Shown: positions 31,901 through 42,203, numbered from the stretch's first letter. The stretch is DNA of 64,000 bases from an uncultured delta proteobacterium (GCA_963850305.1 CAWKKR010000008.1:1088001-1152000), one strand, 5' to 3'. Numbers and translations: made by a program. The notes: generated by a model from the sequence alone, not told the origin.

Positions 31901-32478
31901 CGCACCGCGAACGCGCCCGGATCTTCGACGACGGGTGTCCTCGAATAGCCGCTCGCGTCCAGGTGCGCGACGACCCGATCGAAGTCGATCGCGTCCTCGG
32001 CGACGAGCCGCTCGGCGCCCGCGAGAACGGCGTGGCGGGGCACGACGCGACGTACGAGCGCCGGAGCGGGGACCACCAGAAAACGCCACGGGAGCCCCCG
32101 CGCGAGGTGAAACAAGGTAGCCATCCGGAGCATCGCGGCGCGACGTTCCGGATGCACGTCCGAGTACGGGTTCGCTTCCGACGCCGCGAACAGCAGCACC
32201 GCGGAGGCGTCGAGCGCGGGCGCGATTCGCGGCACCTCGCCGCACAGGAACCCCAGATCGTCCGCGGCGCGGCGCGCGGTGTCCAGATCCGGCGTGACGT
32301 GCACGACGGCGCGTCCGGACCCTGCCGCGAGCGCGCGTGCGACGAGCGCGGGAGCCGCACCTTCGGCACCGACCACATGCGAGAGACCGGTTCGCTCCTT
32401 CGCGAGGCGCGCCAAATCCGCGGCGCGCACGACCTTGCGATCCGTCGGGAGCTCCAGGAGCGAGTTCAGGTCCGGCAT
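28903..32478 (-). CDS. mfd: transcription-repair coupling factor
   Basis: UvrB-homology module, CarD/RID, GDVGFGKTEV, DEEQRFG, QLRGRVGRS, TRCF domain. Confidence 0.98.
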   Translation of the reverse strand: MPDLNSLLELPTDRKVVRAADLARLAKERTGLSHVVGAEGAAPALVARALAAGSGRAVVHVTPDLDTARRAADDLGFLCGEVPRIAPALDASAVLLFAASEANPYSDVHPERRAAMLRMATLFHLARGLPWRFLVVPAPALVRRVVPRHAVLAGAERLVAEDAIDFDRVVAHLDASGYSRTPVVEDPGAFAVRGGILDVWPSQLESPVRAELYGDLIVSLRPFDPETQRTGKETAAEVWLPPAREAILTEEASERARGTMRALCDSVNLPSAKARRLSDDVADGRQFYGGEGYLPAYYTLEPLWSYLPGDAILVIEEPPRVVRAVREELEGARQGATLRGGSPHFAVEELYATEEDFAGELARRTSLALHRFGVSGDEASHLSALEVTPEDVPSLAARDHADLERAVASARSTAGNQGALDPLIERLAIWEEHGLSVVIAARSSTQAERLAALLSHRDVAIAPPFGTGDESRIHLVVGSLARGVVAPAEGFVLVTEEEIFGHRAHRATEKKRSPRALLEDLRALSEGDHVVHVDHGIGKYLGLERKSVGGASVELLVVEYSGGDKLFLPVHRLNQIQKYAGDGGAPKIDRLGGQTFAKTKARVQRRVREMADELLRLYAERRGSKKEPLPPPDDDYRALETTFPFEETRDQANAIADVLADLTSERVMDRLVCGDVGFGKTEVALRAAFRVAMAGRQVALLCPTTVLAQQHYLTFSRRLRDFAIAIRVLSRFESKAEQLETVQGLRAGSVDIVVGTHRVLSKDVHFKNLGLVIVDEEQRFGVVHKERLKQLKANVDVLTLTATPIPRTLQLAVGGLRDMSVITTPPADRRAIRTIASQPDDGIVRDAIRRELARGGQVFYVHNRVEGLYERAARVREIVPEARVGVGHGQLDEGALEQTMLDFVEGKFDVLASTAIVESGLDIPRANTMIVDRADLFGLGQLYQLRGRVGRSNERAYCYLLVPPPSQLTDEARYRIEALERFTELGSGFHVATLDMELRGAGNLLGGEQSGFVSSVGFDLFCQMLEEATHELRGEPVVHDVDPELTIDVDALIPEAYVSEVGVRLSLYKRLASASHETEVDEVAAEMEDRFGPAPLDARRLVELMRLKVELRRFRALGCEAAAKGVTLHLRDDTPLDPVKVGQLVAAKRSPYKVTPDMRLTRRVADGESFRDGLQLADRALSELARCLRDD

Positions 32479-32585
32479 GACCGCCGCGCGGTTTACCACC
32501 GCGCGCTGGTGAGGCAGGCGGCGAAGGCCCTGCGCGGGAAGACCGAGCGTGCCAGAGCGACGGCGCGTATAACAGTCCTAAGCAT

Positions 32586-32613
32586 CTGTAACGTAAGCCT
32601 TATTATGCGAACA
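32586..32613 (-). other. dif-like XerC/XerD recombination site
   Basis: Minus strand TGTTCGCATAA-TAAGGC-TTACGTTACAG vs E. coli dif GGTGCGCATAA-TGTATA-TTATGTTAAAT (arms 9/11 and 8/11). Confidence 0.75.
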
Positions 32614-32666
32614 AGGTCGCGGCGTGGTGGCGGCGCGTCGAACCGCCCGTGGTATGGCGTCGCGGC

Positions 32667-33638
32667 GTGCCGGTCGTCCCAGCCTCCGAGTCGAACATCC
32701 TCGAGGCCGCGGCGGTGTTGCGGCGCGGCGGCGTCGTCGCGTTTCCAACCGAGACGGTTTATGGCCTGGGCGCGCTCGCGGGCGACCCGTCCGCGTGTGC
32801 GCGCGTCTTCGAAATCAAGCAGCGGCCGCGCTTCGATCCGCTCATCGTTCATCTGTCGGGCGCGGGCAACCTCGGCAGCGTCGTCGCCGCCCTGGACGAA
32901 CGGAGCTTGCTCCTCGCGACCGCATTCTGGCCGGGTCCCCTCACGCTGGTCCTACCGAAAGCGCCCTCCGTCCCCGACATCGTCACGGCGGGTCTGCCGA
33001 CGGTCGCCGTCCGGATCCCCTCGCATCCGATCGCGCACGCGCTGCTCGTCGCTGTGGGCGCGCCAATCGCGGCGCCGAGCGCAAACCCGTTCGGGTACAT
33101 CAGCCCGACGCTCGCGTCGCACGTGAACGAACGGATCGGGCGCGAGGTCGACCTCATCCTGGACGGCGGCGCGACGACGGTCGGCGTGGAATCGACCATC
33201 GTCGATGTTTCCGGAACCGCGCCCGCTCTGCTTCGGCCCGGTGCCATCGAACGCGAGCGGATCGAAGCACTGATAGGTCCGCTCGCGCACGAGCACGGTT
33301 CCGGCGATCGACCGCGCGCGCCCGGGCAGCTTGCCAGTCACTATGCGCCGCGAACACCGCTGGTGATCCTGGATGAGCTCGCACGGTTACCGGAACACCC
33401 GGGGCGCGTCGGACTGCTCGCGTTTGGCCCGCCGGACCCCGACGTCAGAGCGCGGTCGGCGGTCGTCGAAGTCCTCTCGGAATCGCGCGATCTCCGGGAA
33501 GCCGCGGCGAACCTCTTCGCGGCGCTCCATCGACTCGACCGCGCCGGAGTCGACATCGTATTCGCCGAAGCTCCCTCGCCGGCCGGGCTCGGTCTGGCCA
33601 TCCTCGATCGCCTGACACGCGCCGCGGCGCGGCCGTGA
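32667..33638 (+). CDS. tsaC: L-threonylcarbamoyladenylate synthase (Sua5 type)
   Basis: FPTETVYGLG, KQRP..DPLIVH, APSAN, GVESTIVD, SHYAP. Confidence 0.96.
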   Translation: MPVVPASESNILEAAAVLRRGGVVAFPTETVYGLGALAGDPSACARVFEIKQRPRFDPLIVHLSGAGNLGSVVAALDERSLLLATAFWPGPLTLVLPKAPSVPDIVTAGLPTVAVRIPSHPIAHALLVAVGAPIAAPSANPFGYISPTLASHVNERIGREVDLILDGGATTVGVESTIVDVSGTAPALLRPGAIERERIEALIGPLAHEHGSGDRPRAPGQLASHYAPRTPLVILDELARLPEHPGRVGLLAFGPPDPDVRARSAVVEVLSESRDLREAAANLFAALHRLDRAGVDIVFAEAPSPAGLGLAILDRLTRAAARP

Positions 33639-33755
33639 TCCGTCGTTGCGCGCGATGACGTGATCGTGCGGCGCGACGATGGGGTCCCAGGTATGGCAAC
33701 GAAGATACGCGGCGCGACAGCAAGCTCATGAGGCACAGCGACGAGGTCGCGCGAC

Positions 33756-33931
33756 GTGGTAGCCGACTCACGCAGCGTAGTAACCGACTCACGCGGCGTA
33801 GTAACCGACTCACGCACTCGTGAGGACGCGTCATCGCCGCGTGCGAACCGGTTCTCACGGCCCTCGGACGCTTCGTCGCCGCGCGTGAACCGGCTATCGC
33901 GGCCATCGGACGCGTCATCGCGGCGTGCGAA
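33756..33931. repeat. 21-bp and 42-bp tandem repeats
   Basis: 3 x 21 bp (GTAGTAACCGACTCACGC...) at 33756-33818 and about 2.6 x 42 bp at 33824-33931. Confidence 0.85.
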
Positions 33932-33990
33932 GCCGCGCAGAGATCAAAGCGGTCGCGGAACCACGCGAGCGGAGCGAGCCCGCCGAAGGC

Positions 33991-34032
33991 GGCGGGGGGA
34001 GCGGTTGCGAAGCAAGCCGCGGGGGCTAAGGC
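33991..34032 (+). repeat. direct repeat copy 1 (REP-like)
   Basis: GGCGGGGGGAGCGGTTGCGAAGCAAGCCGCGGG identical (33 bp) to 35118-35150, followed by GGCTAAGGC. Confidence 0.9.
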
Positions 34033-34428
34033 TGCTAAGGCCCGCCGGGACCTAGGCGGGCAGCCTCGATTGGAAGTCGGGCCGGTTGCGGGGACGGGCG
34101 CGGGAGCGGAGCCGGAAGAAGAGACGGTTTCGGGATGGGGAGCGGGAACGCGCGCAGCGCCGACAGATTTGGGGGCCGCACCGGAGTGACGGGCGCGGCA
34201 AGAGTCGGTTGCCGCCGCCGGGCCAGGCTGCGGGCCTCGTGGCGAAGTGCAGCCGCGCCTGCGCATCGGGGGGACGGGAAATGGGGGATCGGTCTCGGTG
34301 TGGGCCTCGGTTCTGAGAGCGGTGTCGGGCTCGGGGTGGCTCCTGCCTGACGGCGCACGCCCCGCGCCAGCGGCGACAAGGAGCCATGCACGACGCTTCG
34401 CTGTCACGGGTCCTGCGCCAGGGAGGGC

Positions 34429-34724
34429 ATGAGCCACCCCGAGCCCTCCGCATCGCTTCCTCACCATCGTCTCATCGCATACCAGCTCGCGCTCGAGCTC
34501 GTGAAGCTCGTCGCGGGCACGCGCATCCGGGACTCGCGCTCGCAAGGGGGTCTTGACCCCCGCGGCTCGCTTCGCTCGCAGCACGGCAGAGCCTCGCGGA
34601 CAAGAGCCGCGCTTACGCGATCGCGCTAGCAGAGTGCTGTGAGGCGTGCGCAGCGGCGGAGATCGCGGAGGTGCTGGCGCTCGGGGTGCGGCTGAAGAAT
34701 GTGCTGAGCCGGCTCGTGCGCTGA
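34429..34724 (+). pseudogene. four-helix-bundle (IVS/Avd-like) protein, disrupted
   Basis: LPHHRLIAYQLALELVKLV... then, in another frame, AARQSLADKSRAYAIALAECCEACAAAEIA; interrupted by a REP-like hairpin. Confidence 0.75.
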
Positions 34725-35117
34725 TGCGTCGCAGGCGCAAGTGGGCTTCGCGTTTCTCGCGTGGGTGGGATCCTCACGCTCTTCCGCAGTATCACGCAGC
34801 GCTCGGACGAGTGCCGGCACGTGCCGTGGAAGGCGTTGCTCGAGGACGTCTTCTTCGCGCTCGTTTCTGTGACTGATGCCGAGCTCGGCCCACGCGCCAC
34901 TCTTGCCGAAGGCCCCGACTGAAGCCCGCGCCTCCCGACTCCCCGGGGCCGACGCCCCAAAGCACATACAAACCTCGGCCCGCGCGAGCGAAGCCGCCTC
35001 CGGCGGTCCCGCTCCCGCTCGCCCGGATCCCGCCCCGAACCCGCTCCCGCGCCCGGAACCGACCCCGGCATTGCCAACCGGAGCCTCGCTCGACCGGTCA
35101 CCGATCGAGAGTGCCCA

Positions 35118-35160
35118 GGCGGGGGGAGCGGTTGCGAAGCAAGCCGCGGGCGGCTAAGGC
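35118..35160 (+). repeat. direct repeat copy 2 (REP-like)
   Basis: Matches 33991-34032 with a one-base insertion. Confidence 0.9.
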
Positions 35161-35168
35161 CCCCCTTG

Positions 35169-36074
35169 TTAGAACACCTTGGCCGGCACCTGCCGGCGCG
35201 CGGCGAGCAGATAGTTCTGAGCACGCAGTCGCCACGCCCCGGTCGGATGACGGACGAGGTAAGCCTGGAACAGCGACGCGGCGCTCCCGAAGTCGTACAT
35301 CCAGTGCGCGAGAATGCCCCGCGCGAGAAGCTCAGGGTAATCCGGATCGCGACGCGAGAGACCGCGTACGTACTGCGCGAGCAGGGAGGGTTCGATCGAC
35401 GACGAGTTCTCCGTACGCTCGACCTCTGGATGCAAGAGGAGCGTCCGATAATAGAGGCGCCAGTCGTTCAGCGAAGGGGCGAATGGATACGTCTCGAGGA
35501 GACCGGCGAGCTTCGTCCATCGAACCGCAAAGAGCACCGCGAGCTCGTCCGTGGGGATGACCGAGGCGCGACCTTCCGAGATCCAGCCGTACGCGCGCGC
35601 GCGCGTCGCGAACGCGCCGCCGAGCTCGGTGAGATCCCCGGAGTCTTTGCCGTCCTTGCCGTAGCGCTCGACCGCGTGCACGAAGAGCTCTGCCTGGACC
35701 GCACGGAGCGCGAGTAACGGTTCGTCGCCGTGGTGTTTTCTCGCGTCGGCCACGCACTTGCGAAGATCGAGACCGAGGGCGTCGAGGTGGGTCGGCCAGC
35801 CCTTGGCCTCTCCGCGCCCGAAACGCCGAAAGGCCTCTCCGGCGGCCCGGACGAGGTACGGCAGCCGGGCCGTCGCGGCCGCTTCGACACGCGCGCGGTC
35901 CCGTGTTTCCGTACGGTGTTCGTCGAGGCGGTCGATGTCGGGCAAGGGGAGTTCCCTCGGCGGGACGGCTCGCGGAAGCGCGAGAATCGCGGAAAGAAAG
36001 GCCATCCCCACGGCGACGACGCCGAGCTGCCACCCTTCGGCATGTCTCTCCCACTTCGGCTTCGTCGCGCTCAT
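35169..36074 (-). CDS. hypothetical membrane-anchored protein with TPR-like C-terminus
   Basis: N-terminal TM; C-terminal LARGILAH...AASLFQAYL..HP.G.W. Confidence 0.7.
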   Translation of the reverse strand: MSATKPKWERHAEGWQLGVVAVGMAFLSAILALPRAVPPRELPLPDIDRLDEHRTETRDRARVEAAATARLPYLVRAAGEAFRRFGRGEAKGWPTHLDALGLDLRKCVADARKHHGDEPLLALRAVQAELFVHAVERYGKDGKDSGDLTELGGAFATRARAYGWISEGRASVIPTDELAVLFAVRWTKLAGLLETYPFAPSLNDWRLYYRTLLLHPEVERTENSSSIEPSLLAQYVRGLSRRDPDYPELLARGILAHWMYDFGSAASLFQAYLVRHPTGAWRLRAQNYLLAARRQVPAKVF

Positions 36075-36132
36075 CCGAAATCAGCCGGGTTGCCGAGGAT
36101 ACTCCGCGCCGAGATCCGCTAGACTCCCCCTC

Positions 36133-36441
36133 GTGCAGGACAAGCGCCGTCACCCGAGAGTTGCGATCCGTGTTCCCATTTCGTGCGAGGTCGCGGGAGC
36201 GGCGCCATTCGCGGCCGTCGCCGCTGATCTGAGCGTCGGCGGTCTCTTCGCGGAGTCCGAGCTGGTGCCCGCATTCGGAACCGAGCTTACCATCGTCGGT
36301 GATTTTCCGGGAGCGCCGGGACTGCGGCTCCCGGCCATCGTGAGGTGGGCCCGAGGCGGCGGCTTCGGCGTCCAGTTCGGCCTCCTCGGCGCGCGCGAGA
36401 CGCATCTACTCGCGAAGCTGATGCATCCGCCGTCCCGCTGA
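36133..36441 (+). CDS. PilZ domain protein
   Basis: KRRHPR and DLSVGG c-di-GMP motifs; VRW...GFGVQF. Confidence 0.9.
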   Translation: MQDKRRHPRVAIRVPISCEVAGAAPFAAVAADLSVGGLFAESELVPAFGTELTIVGDFPGAPGLRLPAIVRWARGGGFGVQFGLLGARETHLLAKLMHPPSR

Positions 36442-36449
36442 CGAGCCAG

Positions 36450-37028
36450 ATGTCGCAGGCCCCGCGCGATCCGAGCGTCTTCTTCTCGTCGTATCTGCCG
36501 GCGCGATTCGCCGATGCGTCGCCCGAGCTCGCCGCCGTCACTTCGGTGGGCAGCATCACCTTCCGCGTGCCCGAATCGGGTGAGTGGACCTTGCGGCTCG
36601 TGGAAGGCGCGCTCGAAGTTACCCGCGGCATGGACGACGACGTGATGCTGCAGGTGACCGTTCCAGAGGAAGATTTTTGTTTGTTCGTCGTGGAAGCGCT
36701 CGAACGCGCGGACACGACGAGGCGCGCCGCGGCCGGCCTCGGCGCCTTGCGGGCGCTCGCCGCGAGAGCCGACGTCGCCCGCATGGTGCGACACGTGCCC
36801 GGCAGCGTCCTCTTCGTCGCGCGCGACGGCGAGCAGCGCCATCGCCTGCTCGTCACCCCGGGCCGCCGCGTCGCGAACCTCGCATCCGCCGAGTGCACGA
36901 TCGAAGTGTCCCTGTCGGACCTGCTCGAGAACCAGGGAATGAACCCGATGCAGCTCTTCGTCGCCGGCAAGCTCCGCATCACCGGCAACATCCAGATCGC
37001 GATGGCCCTGTCGGGCATCTTCGGCTGA
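36450..37028 (+). CDS. SCP2 sterol/lipid-binding domain protein
   Basis: NPMQLFVAGKLRITGNIQIAMAL. Confidence 0.85.
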   Translation: MSQAPRDPSVFFSSYLPARFADASPELAAVTSVGSITFRVPESGEWTLRLVEGALEVTRGMDDDVMLQVTVPEEDFCLFVVEALERADTTRRAAAGLGALRALAARADVARMVRHVPGSVLFVARDGEQRHRLLVTPGRRVANLASAECTIEVSLSDLLENQGMNPMQLFVAGKLRITGNIQIAMALSGIFG

Positions 37029-37036
37029 GACCCCTC

Positions 37037-38308
37037 TCACTCCGCCCGCGACAGCCACTCGACGGTCCGCGGACGCAGCGTGGACTCGAAGTCTCCGTTG
37101 CCGAGCTGACCATCCTGGTTGCCGCCCCAGCACCGAGCCGCGCCGTCGGGATACACCGCGCAGCCGTGTGCGCGACCGAGCGCGAGGTGAGCCGCGGAGG
37201 AAACCTCGGGCACAGCGACGGGCAGGCGTTGATCGACGGCCGCGTCGTTGCCGAGTTGACCCGCGTGGTCGCCACCCCAGCAGCGCATCTCGCCGCTCGC
37301 GAGGCGCGCGCAGGTCTGCTGATCGCCGGCCACGAGGTCGGTGGCGTCGGTGATGCCCGCGACGAAACGCGCCGTCGAGCGGTTCGCGGTCGTGCCGTCG
37401 CCGAGCTGACCATGCGAGTTGTCACCCCAGCACGCGACGCGGCGATCGGCGAGCAACGCGCACGAGTGCTGGCTGCCGAGCGCCAGGCGGACGGCGCCCT
37501 GCACACCGGAGACCGTCGCAGGGGCCGCGTGCGCCGTCGTCGTACCGTCGCCCAGCTGCCCGACGTAGTTGCCGCCCCAGCACCGCACCGTACCGCCCTC
37601 GATCAGGGCACAGCCATGATAAGCGCCGAGGGCGATCTGCTCGACGTGCGCGAGACCCGGGACCGCTTCCGGAGCCGCGGCGACCGTGGCCTTCTCGGTG
37701 CCGAGCTGGAAGTGCGAGTTGTCGCCCCAGCACCGCACGGTGCCGTCCTCGAGCCGCGCGCAGGTGTGCGCAGAACCGAGGGCGATCTCGCTCGCCTTCG
37801 GCAGGTGTCCGACGACGACCGGCGCGAGGCGGTCCGTGACGCTGCCGTCGCCGAGCTGGCCATCGCGGTTGTCGCCCCAGCACCGAACGCTCCCGTCGTC
37901 CCCGAGCGCGCAGGTGTGGTCTCCGCCAGCGGCGACCGATGCCACCGAGGAGAGGCCCGAGACCCGCGCCGGCGTGAGGCGCACCACGTCGCTGCCGTCG
38001 CCGACCTGACCATGCGTATTGTCGCCCCAGCAATGCACCGTGCCGTCTTCGAGACGAGCGCAGGTATGGGCAGCACCGAGCGCGAAGCCCTGCACTCGGG
38101 GAGACCCCGCGACCGCCGCGTACGCGCCGCCGGACAGGACCGCTGCACTGGTGAGCCCCGCGACGGCCAGGAGGGCCGCCAGACGGTTGCCTCGGGACGC
38201 AGTCCTCCGATCTTCTTCGACGCCCACGTCGCCGGGACGCGCGAAGCTGATGGGCGTGGGTTCCGAGTCCTGATCCGAGTAGAGGCCGATGCCGTCGAAG
38301 GTCGTCAT
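37037..38308 (-). CDS. RCC1-like repeat (beta-propeller) protein
   Basis: Seven repeats of HTCA...G.V.CWGDN..GQLG. Confidence 0.92.
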   Translation of the reverse strand: MTTFDGIGLYSDQDSEPTPISFARPGDVGVEEDRRTASRGNRLAALLAVAGLTSAAVLSGGAYAAVAGSPRVQGFALGAAHTCARLEDGTVHCWGDNTHGQVGDGSDVVRLTPARVSGLSSVASVAAGGDHTCALGDDGSVRCWGDNRDGQLGDGSVTDRLAPVVVGHLPKASEIALGSAHTCARLEDGTVRCWGDNSHFQLGTEKATVAAAPEAVPGLAHVEQIALGAYHGCALIEGGTVRCWGGNYVGQLGDGTTTAHAAPATVSGVQGAVRLALGSQHSCALLADRRVACWGDNSHGQLGDGTTANRSTARFVAGITDATDLVAGDQQTCARLASGEMRCWGGDHAGQLGNDAAVDQRLPVAVPEVSSAAHLALGRAHGCAVYPDGAARCWGGNQDGQLGNGDFESTLRPRTVEWLSRAE

Positions 38309-38504
38309 GGTCGAGTCCTTGAGCACGTCGCGTGCCAGCCTTGATCTGCCGTGAATTTTGGGGGGAACCTGGCTCGTGTCTGGAGGCGCGGACACGGTGC
38401 TGTCCGGCGTCGTGGACACTAGCGAAGTGCGGCTGCCCTCCGCTGGACCGCCAGGACCCGTGCCTCGGGCCCGGTCAGGCACGCGGGGGCTGCCCCTCGA
38501 GACC

Positions 38505-39903
<1,399 letters not shown>

Positions 39904-39959
39904 GAGTCCACGGTAGTCGCGGGCACCGGGCGGAACAAGCGCGGCGCTCGGGGTGGCAA

Positions 39960-40247
39960 GAGGAGAGCAAGGTGCGGCTCGTTTGACCTGTCGGCGGGCG
40001 GGGACGCGGCCCTTGACCGAAGCGACGGGTGCGCAGGAACCCTCCTCGAGGGACCGGTTGCGAGCGTCCGCAAGGAAGCGGTCGCGCTCGGCCGGCTCAT
40101 GGCTCGACGTCGAGGAGGCGTCCGAATTTCTCGCCCACGGCGTGGAGCGTGCCGACGTCGCGAAGGCCGATGGAGCGATGGAAAGGCGAGGTGTCCGCGG
40201 TTTCCGCGCGGCCCGTTCCAGTATTCGCTCTGTTCCTCGTTCGCCAC
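39960..40247 (-). pseudogene. probable methyltransferase remnant carrying a duplicated piece of the GNAT gene
   Basis: MANEEQSEYWNGP resembles class I MTase N-termini, then runs into the 80-bp duplicate; end coordinate approximate. Confidence 0.4.
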
Positions 40248-40400
40248 GTTTCACTTCTCGCTGTTGAGCAGGTCGCCGTTCATGACGAAGCGCGTTCTCT
40301 CAGATCGATAGTTCCAGGATCTCGACGTCGAGGAGGCGTCCGAATTTCTCGCCCACGGCGTGGAGCGTGCCGACGTCGCGGAAGCCGATGGAGCGATGGA
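40103..40400. repeat. 80-bp direct duplication (40103-40182 and 40321-40400)
   Basis: Copies differ at 2 positions. Confidence 0.9.
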
Positions 40401-40794
40401 GCGCGAGGCTCGGTGCGCTCTCGGAGGTGATGCGGGCGAGCAGCACGTGAAGGCCGTTCAGACGCGCCGTCTCGATGATCCGCACCAGCAAACCTCTCCC
40501 GATCCCCCGGCCCCGGAAATCACGGTGCACGTACGTCGAGGTTTCGGCAGTGCGGTCGTAGGCGCGGCGATCGGAGTATCGCGACAGGCTCGCCCAGCCG
40601 ACGACCTTGCCCGCTTCTTCGCACACGATCGCGGAGTAGCGCGGCTCGGCGTGCGCGTCGGCCCAGCGCTGTCTCCGCTCGGGTGTGCTCGGCTCGGTGT
40701 CGAACGTCGCGGTGCCGTGCAGCACTTCGTCGTCGTAGATCGCGAAGACGGACTCGAGATCGCGTGTGGGATCGAACGCGCGGTGGAGAGTCAC
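40300..40794 (-). CDS. GNAT N-acetyltransferase (phosphinothricin/YncA type)
   Basis: GTATFD, RGRGIGRGLL, SLALH..IGF..VG..KFGR.LDV; GTG overlaps tolB stop. Confidence 0.9.
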   Translation of the reverse strand: MTLHRAFDPTRDLESVFAIYDDEVLHGTATFDTEPSTPERRQRWADAHAEPRYSAIVCEEAGKVVGWASLSRYSDRRAYDRTAETSTYVHRDFRGRGIGRGLLVRIIETARLNGLHVLLARITSESAPSLALHRSIGFRDVGTLHAVGEKFGRLLDVEILELSI

Positions 40795-42197
40795 GGCGGC
40801 AACGGCGCCCAGCGGAGCGATTCCCCGATCTGCGACGAGAGTTTCTGCGAAGTCCAGCGCTTCAGGGACAGGACGTAGAGACCCGGGCCCGCGCCTTGTT
40901 TGCGCGTCGTGAAGAAGGCGAGCAGGCGCCCATCCTTGCTGCACGCCGGGTACGTGTTCGTGCCCTGGTTCTGCGTGAGCCGCGCGATGTCACCGCCTCG
41001 CTCGTTGGTCATCACGACGTCCTGCCGGTTGTTGCCGACCGCGACCGTGAACACGAGCCGAACGCCGTCTTCCGTGTCGCAGAACGCCGGCGCAGACGCG
41101 GCGAACGCCGAGGGCGAGACCGGCTTCCCATCGACGTAGATGCGCTGCGTACCTTGCTTGCCGCCCCCGCCGACCCACGCGAGCTTGCCCGACGGGCTGA
41201 AGACGGGGTGCGTCGCGAGCTCGGTCGTCGACACTTTCTGGAGGCCGGTCCCGTCGGCGTTGCCCTCATAGATGGCGCTTCCGAGGTTCTCCGCGACCGC
41301 GACCGCCATTCGCTTGCCGGTGGCATCGAACGCGACGCTGTAGACGCTCGTCGTGAACCCGAGCTTCACGGGGTCGGCTTGCGAACCGGTCTCGCGAAAG
41401 ACGGCGAAGGGCTGATAGTCGTGCGACAGCGAATAATAGAGGACGCCCGCCGGTCCCCACGCGGGCGCAATCGCCGTGTCGGTCTCGGGAGTGCGCGGCT
41501 TCAGGTCGTGACCGTCGGCATCCATCGTGAAGACTCGCCGCGCCCTGCCCCACGGCGCCACGTAAGCCATGTGGCTCGCGAAGCCACCCTCACGCCCCGT
41601 GAGCGCGCCGAGGAGGGCGTCCGTGATGCGGTGCGCGGTGACGCGCACGTCCGCGGGAGCGACGATCAGCTTCTTCTGGTAAACGGGGTTCTTCCCGACG
41701 CTCAGGAAGTACGCGATCCCGGAGACCTCGATCGTCTTCGCGTCGTGCGGGCGCGCCGCGACCTTGATGATCACCTCCGCGCCGAGGTTTTGCCACGCGG
41801 GGACGTCCACGGGATCGTCGAAGCCGTAGAGACCGGCCGGGGCCTCGCTGTCGGGCATCACGTCGAACATGCCGGACAGCTCGAAGTCGCGACGAACCAC
41901 GCCGCGTACGACGACGTCATCCATGTCCGGCGAGAGCGACGGCAGGATCGCGAGCTTGATGAAATGCTCCGTCGTGCTGCCCGTGACAGGAATTTCCCCG
42001 AGGACAGTCTCGTCAGGCGGCGTCGCCGTGGTCGTCGCAGGCTGCGCAGCCGGCGCGCTCGCCGTCGTGGGGGCAGCGGGCAAAGGGGGTGCCGCCGGTG
42101 CCTGTGCGAGCGCGGAACTCGCCGCCGCGAGGAGCGCCGTGAAAACCGCGAAGCCCGGTCGGCTACCGCGACGATATCGAGCTTCTACGCGATCCAT
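40791..42197 (-). CDS. tolB: Tol-Pal beta-propeller protein TolB
   Basis: AHRITD..LTG.EG.F, MDADG, PD40-like repeats; operon context. Confidence 0.85.
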   Translation of the reverse strand: MDRVEARYRRGSRPGFAVFTALLAAASSALAQAPAAPPLPAAPTTASAPAAQPATTTATPPDETVLGEIPVTGSTTEHFIKLAILPSLSPDMDDVVVRGVVRRDFELSGMFDVMPDSEAPAGLYGFDDPVDVPAWQNLGAEVIIKVAARPHDAKTIEVSGIAYFLSVGKNPVYQKKLIVAPADVRVTAHRITDALLGALTGREGGFASHMAYVAPWGRARRVFTMDADGHDLKPRTPETDTAIAPAWGPAGVLYYSLSHDYQPFAVFRETGSQADPVKLGFTTSVYSVAFDATGKRMAVAVAENLGSAIYEGNADGTGLQKVSTTELATHPVFSPSGKLAWVGGGGKQGTQRIYVDGKPVSPSAFAASAPAFCDTEDGVRLVFTVAVGNNRQDVVMTNERGGDIARLTQNQGTNTYPACSKDGRLLAFFTTRKQGAGPGLYVLSLKRWTSQKLSSQIGESLRWAPLPP

Positions 42198-42203
42198 GTC
42201 GGC

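Noticed and set aside
33756..33931. CRISPR array
   Set aside because: Repeats are head-to-tail with no unique spacers, and no cas genes are present
35073..35174. Integron attC site (AAC...GTTAG), also 24188-24260
   Set aside because: Ends are not complementary RYYYAAC/GTTRRRY boxes, and there is no integrase or cassette array
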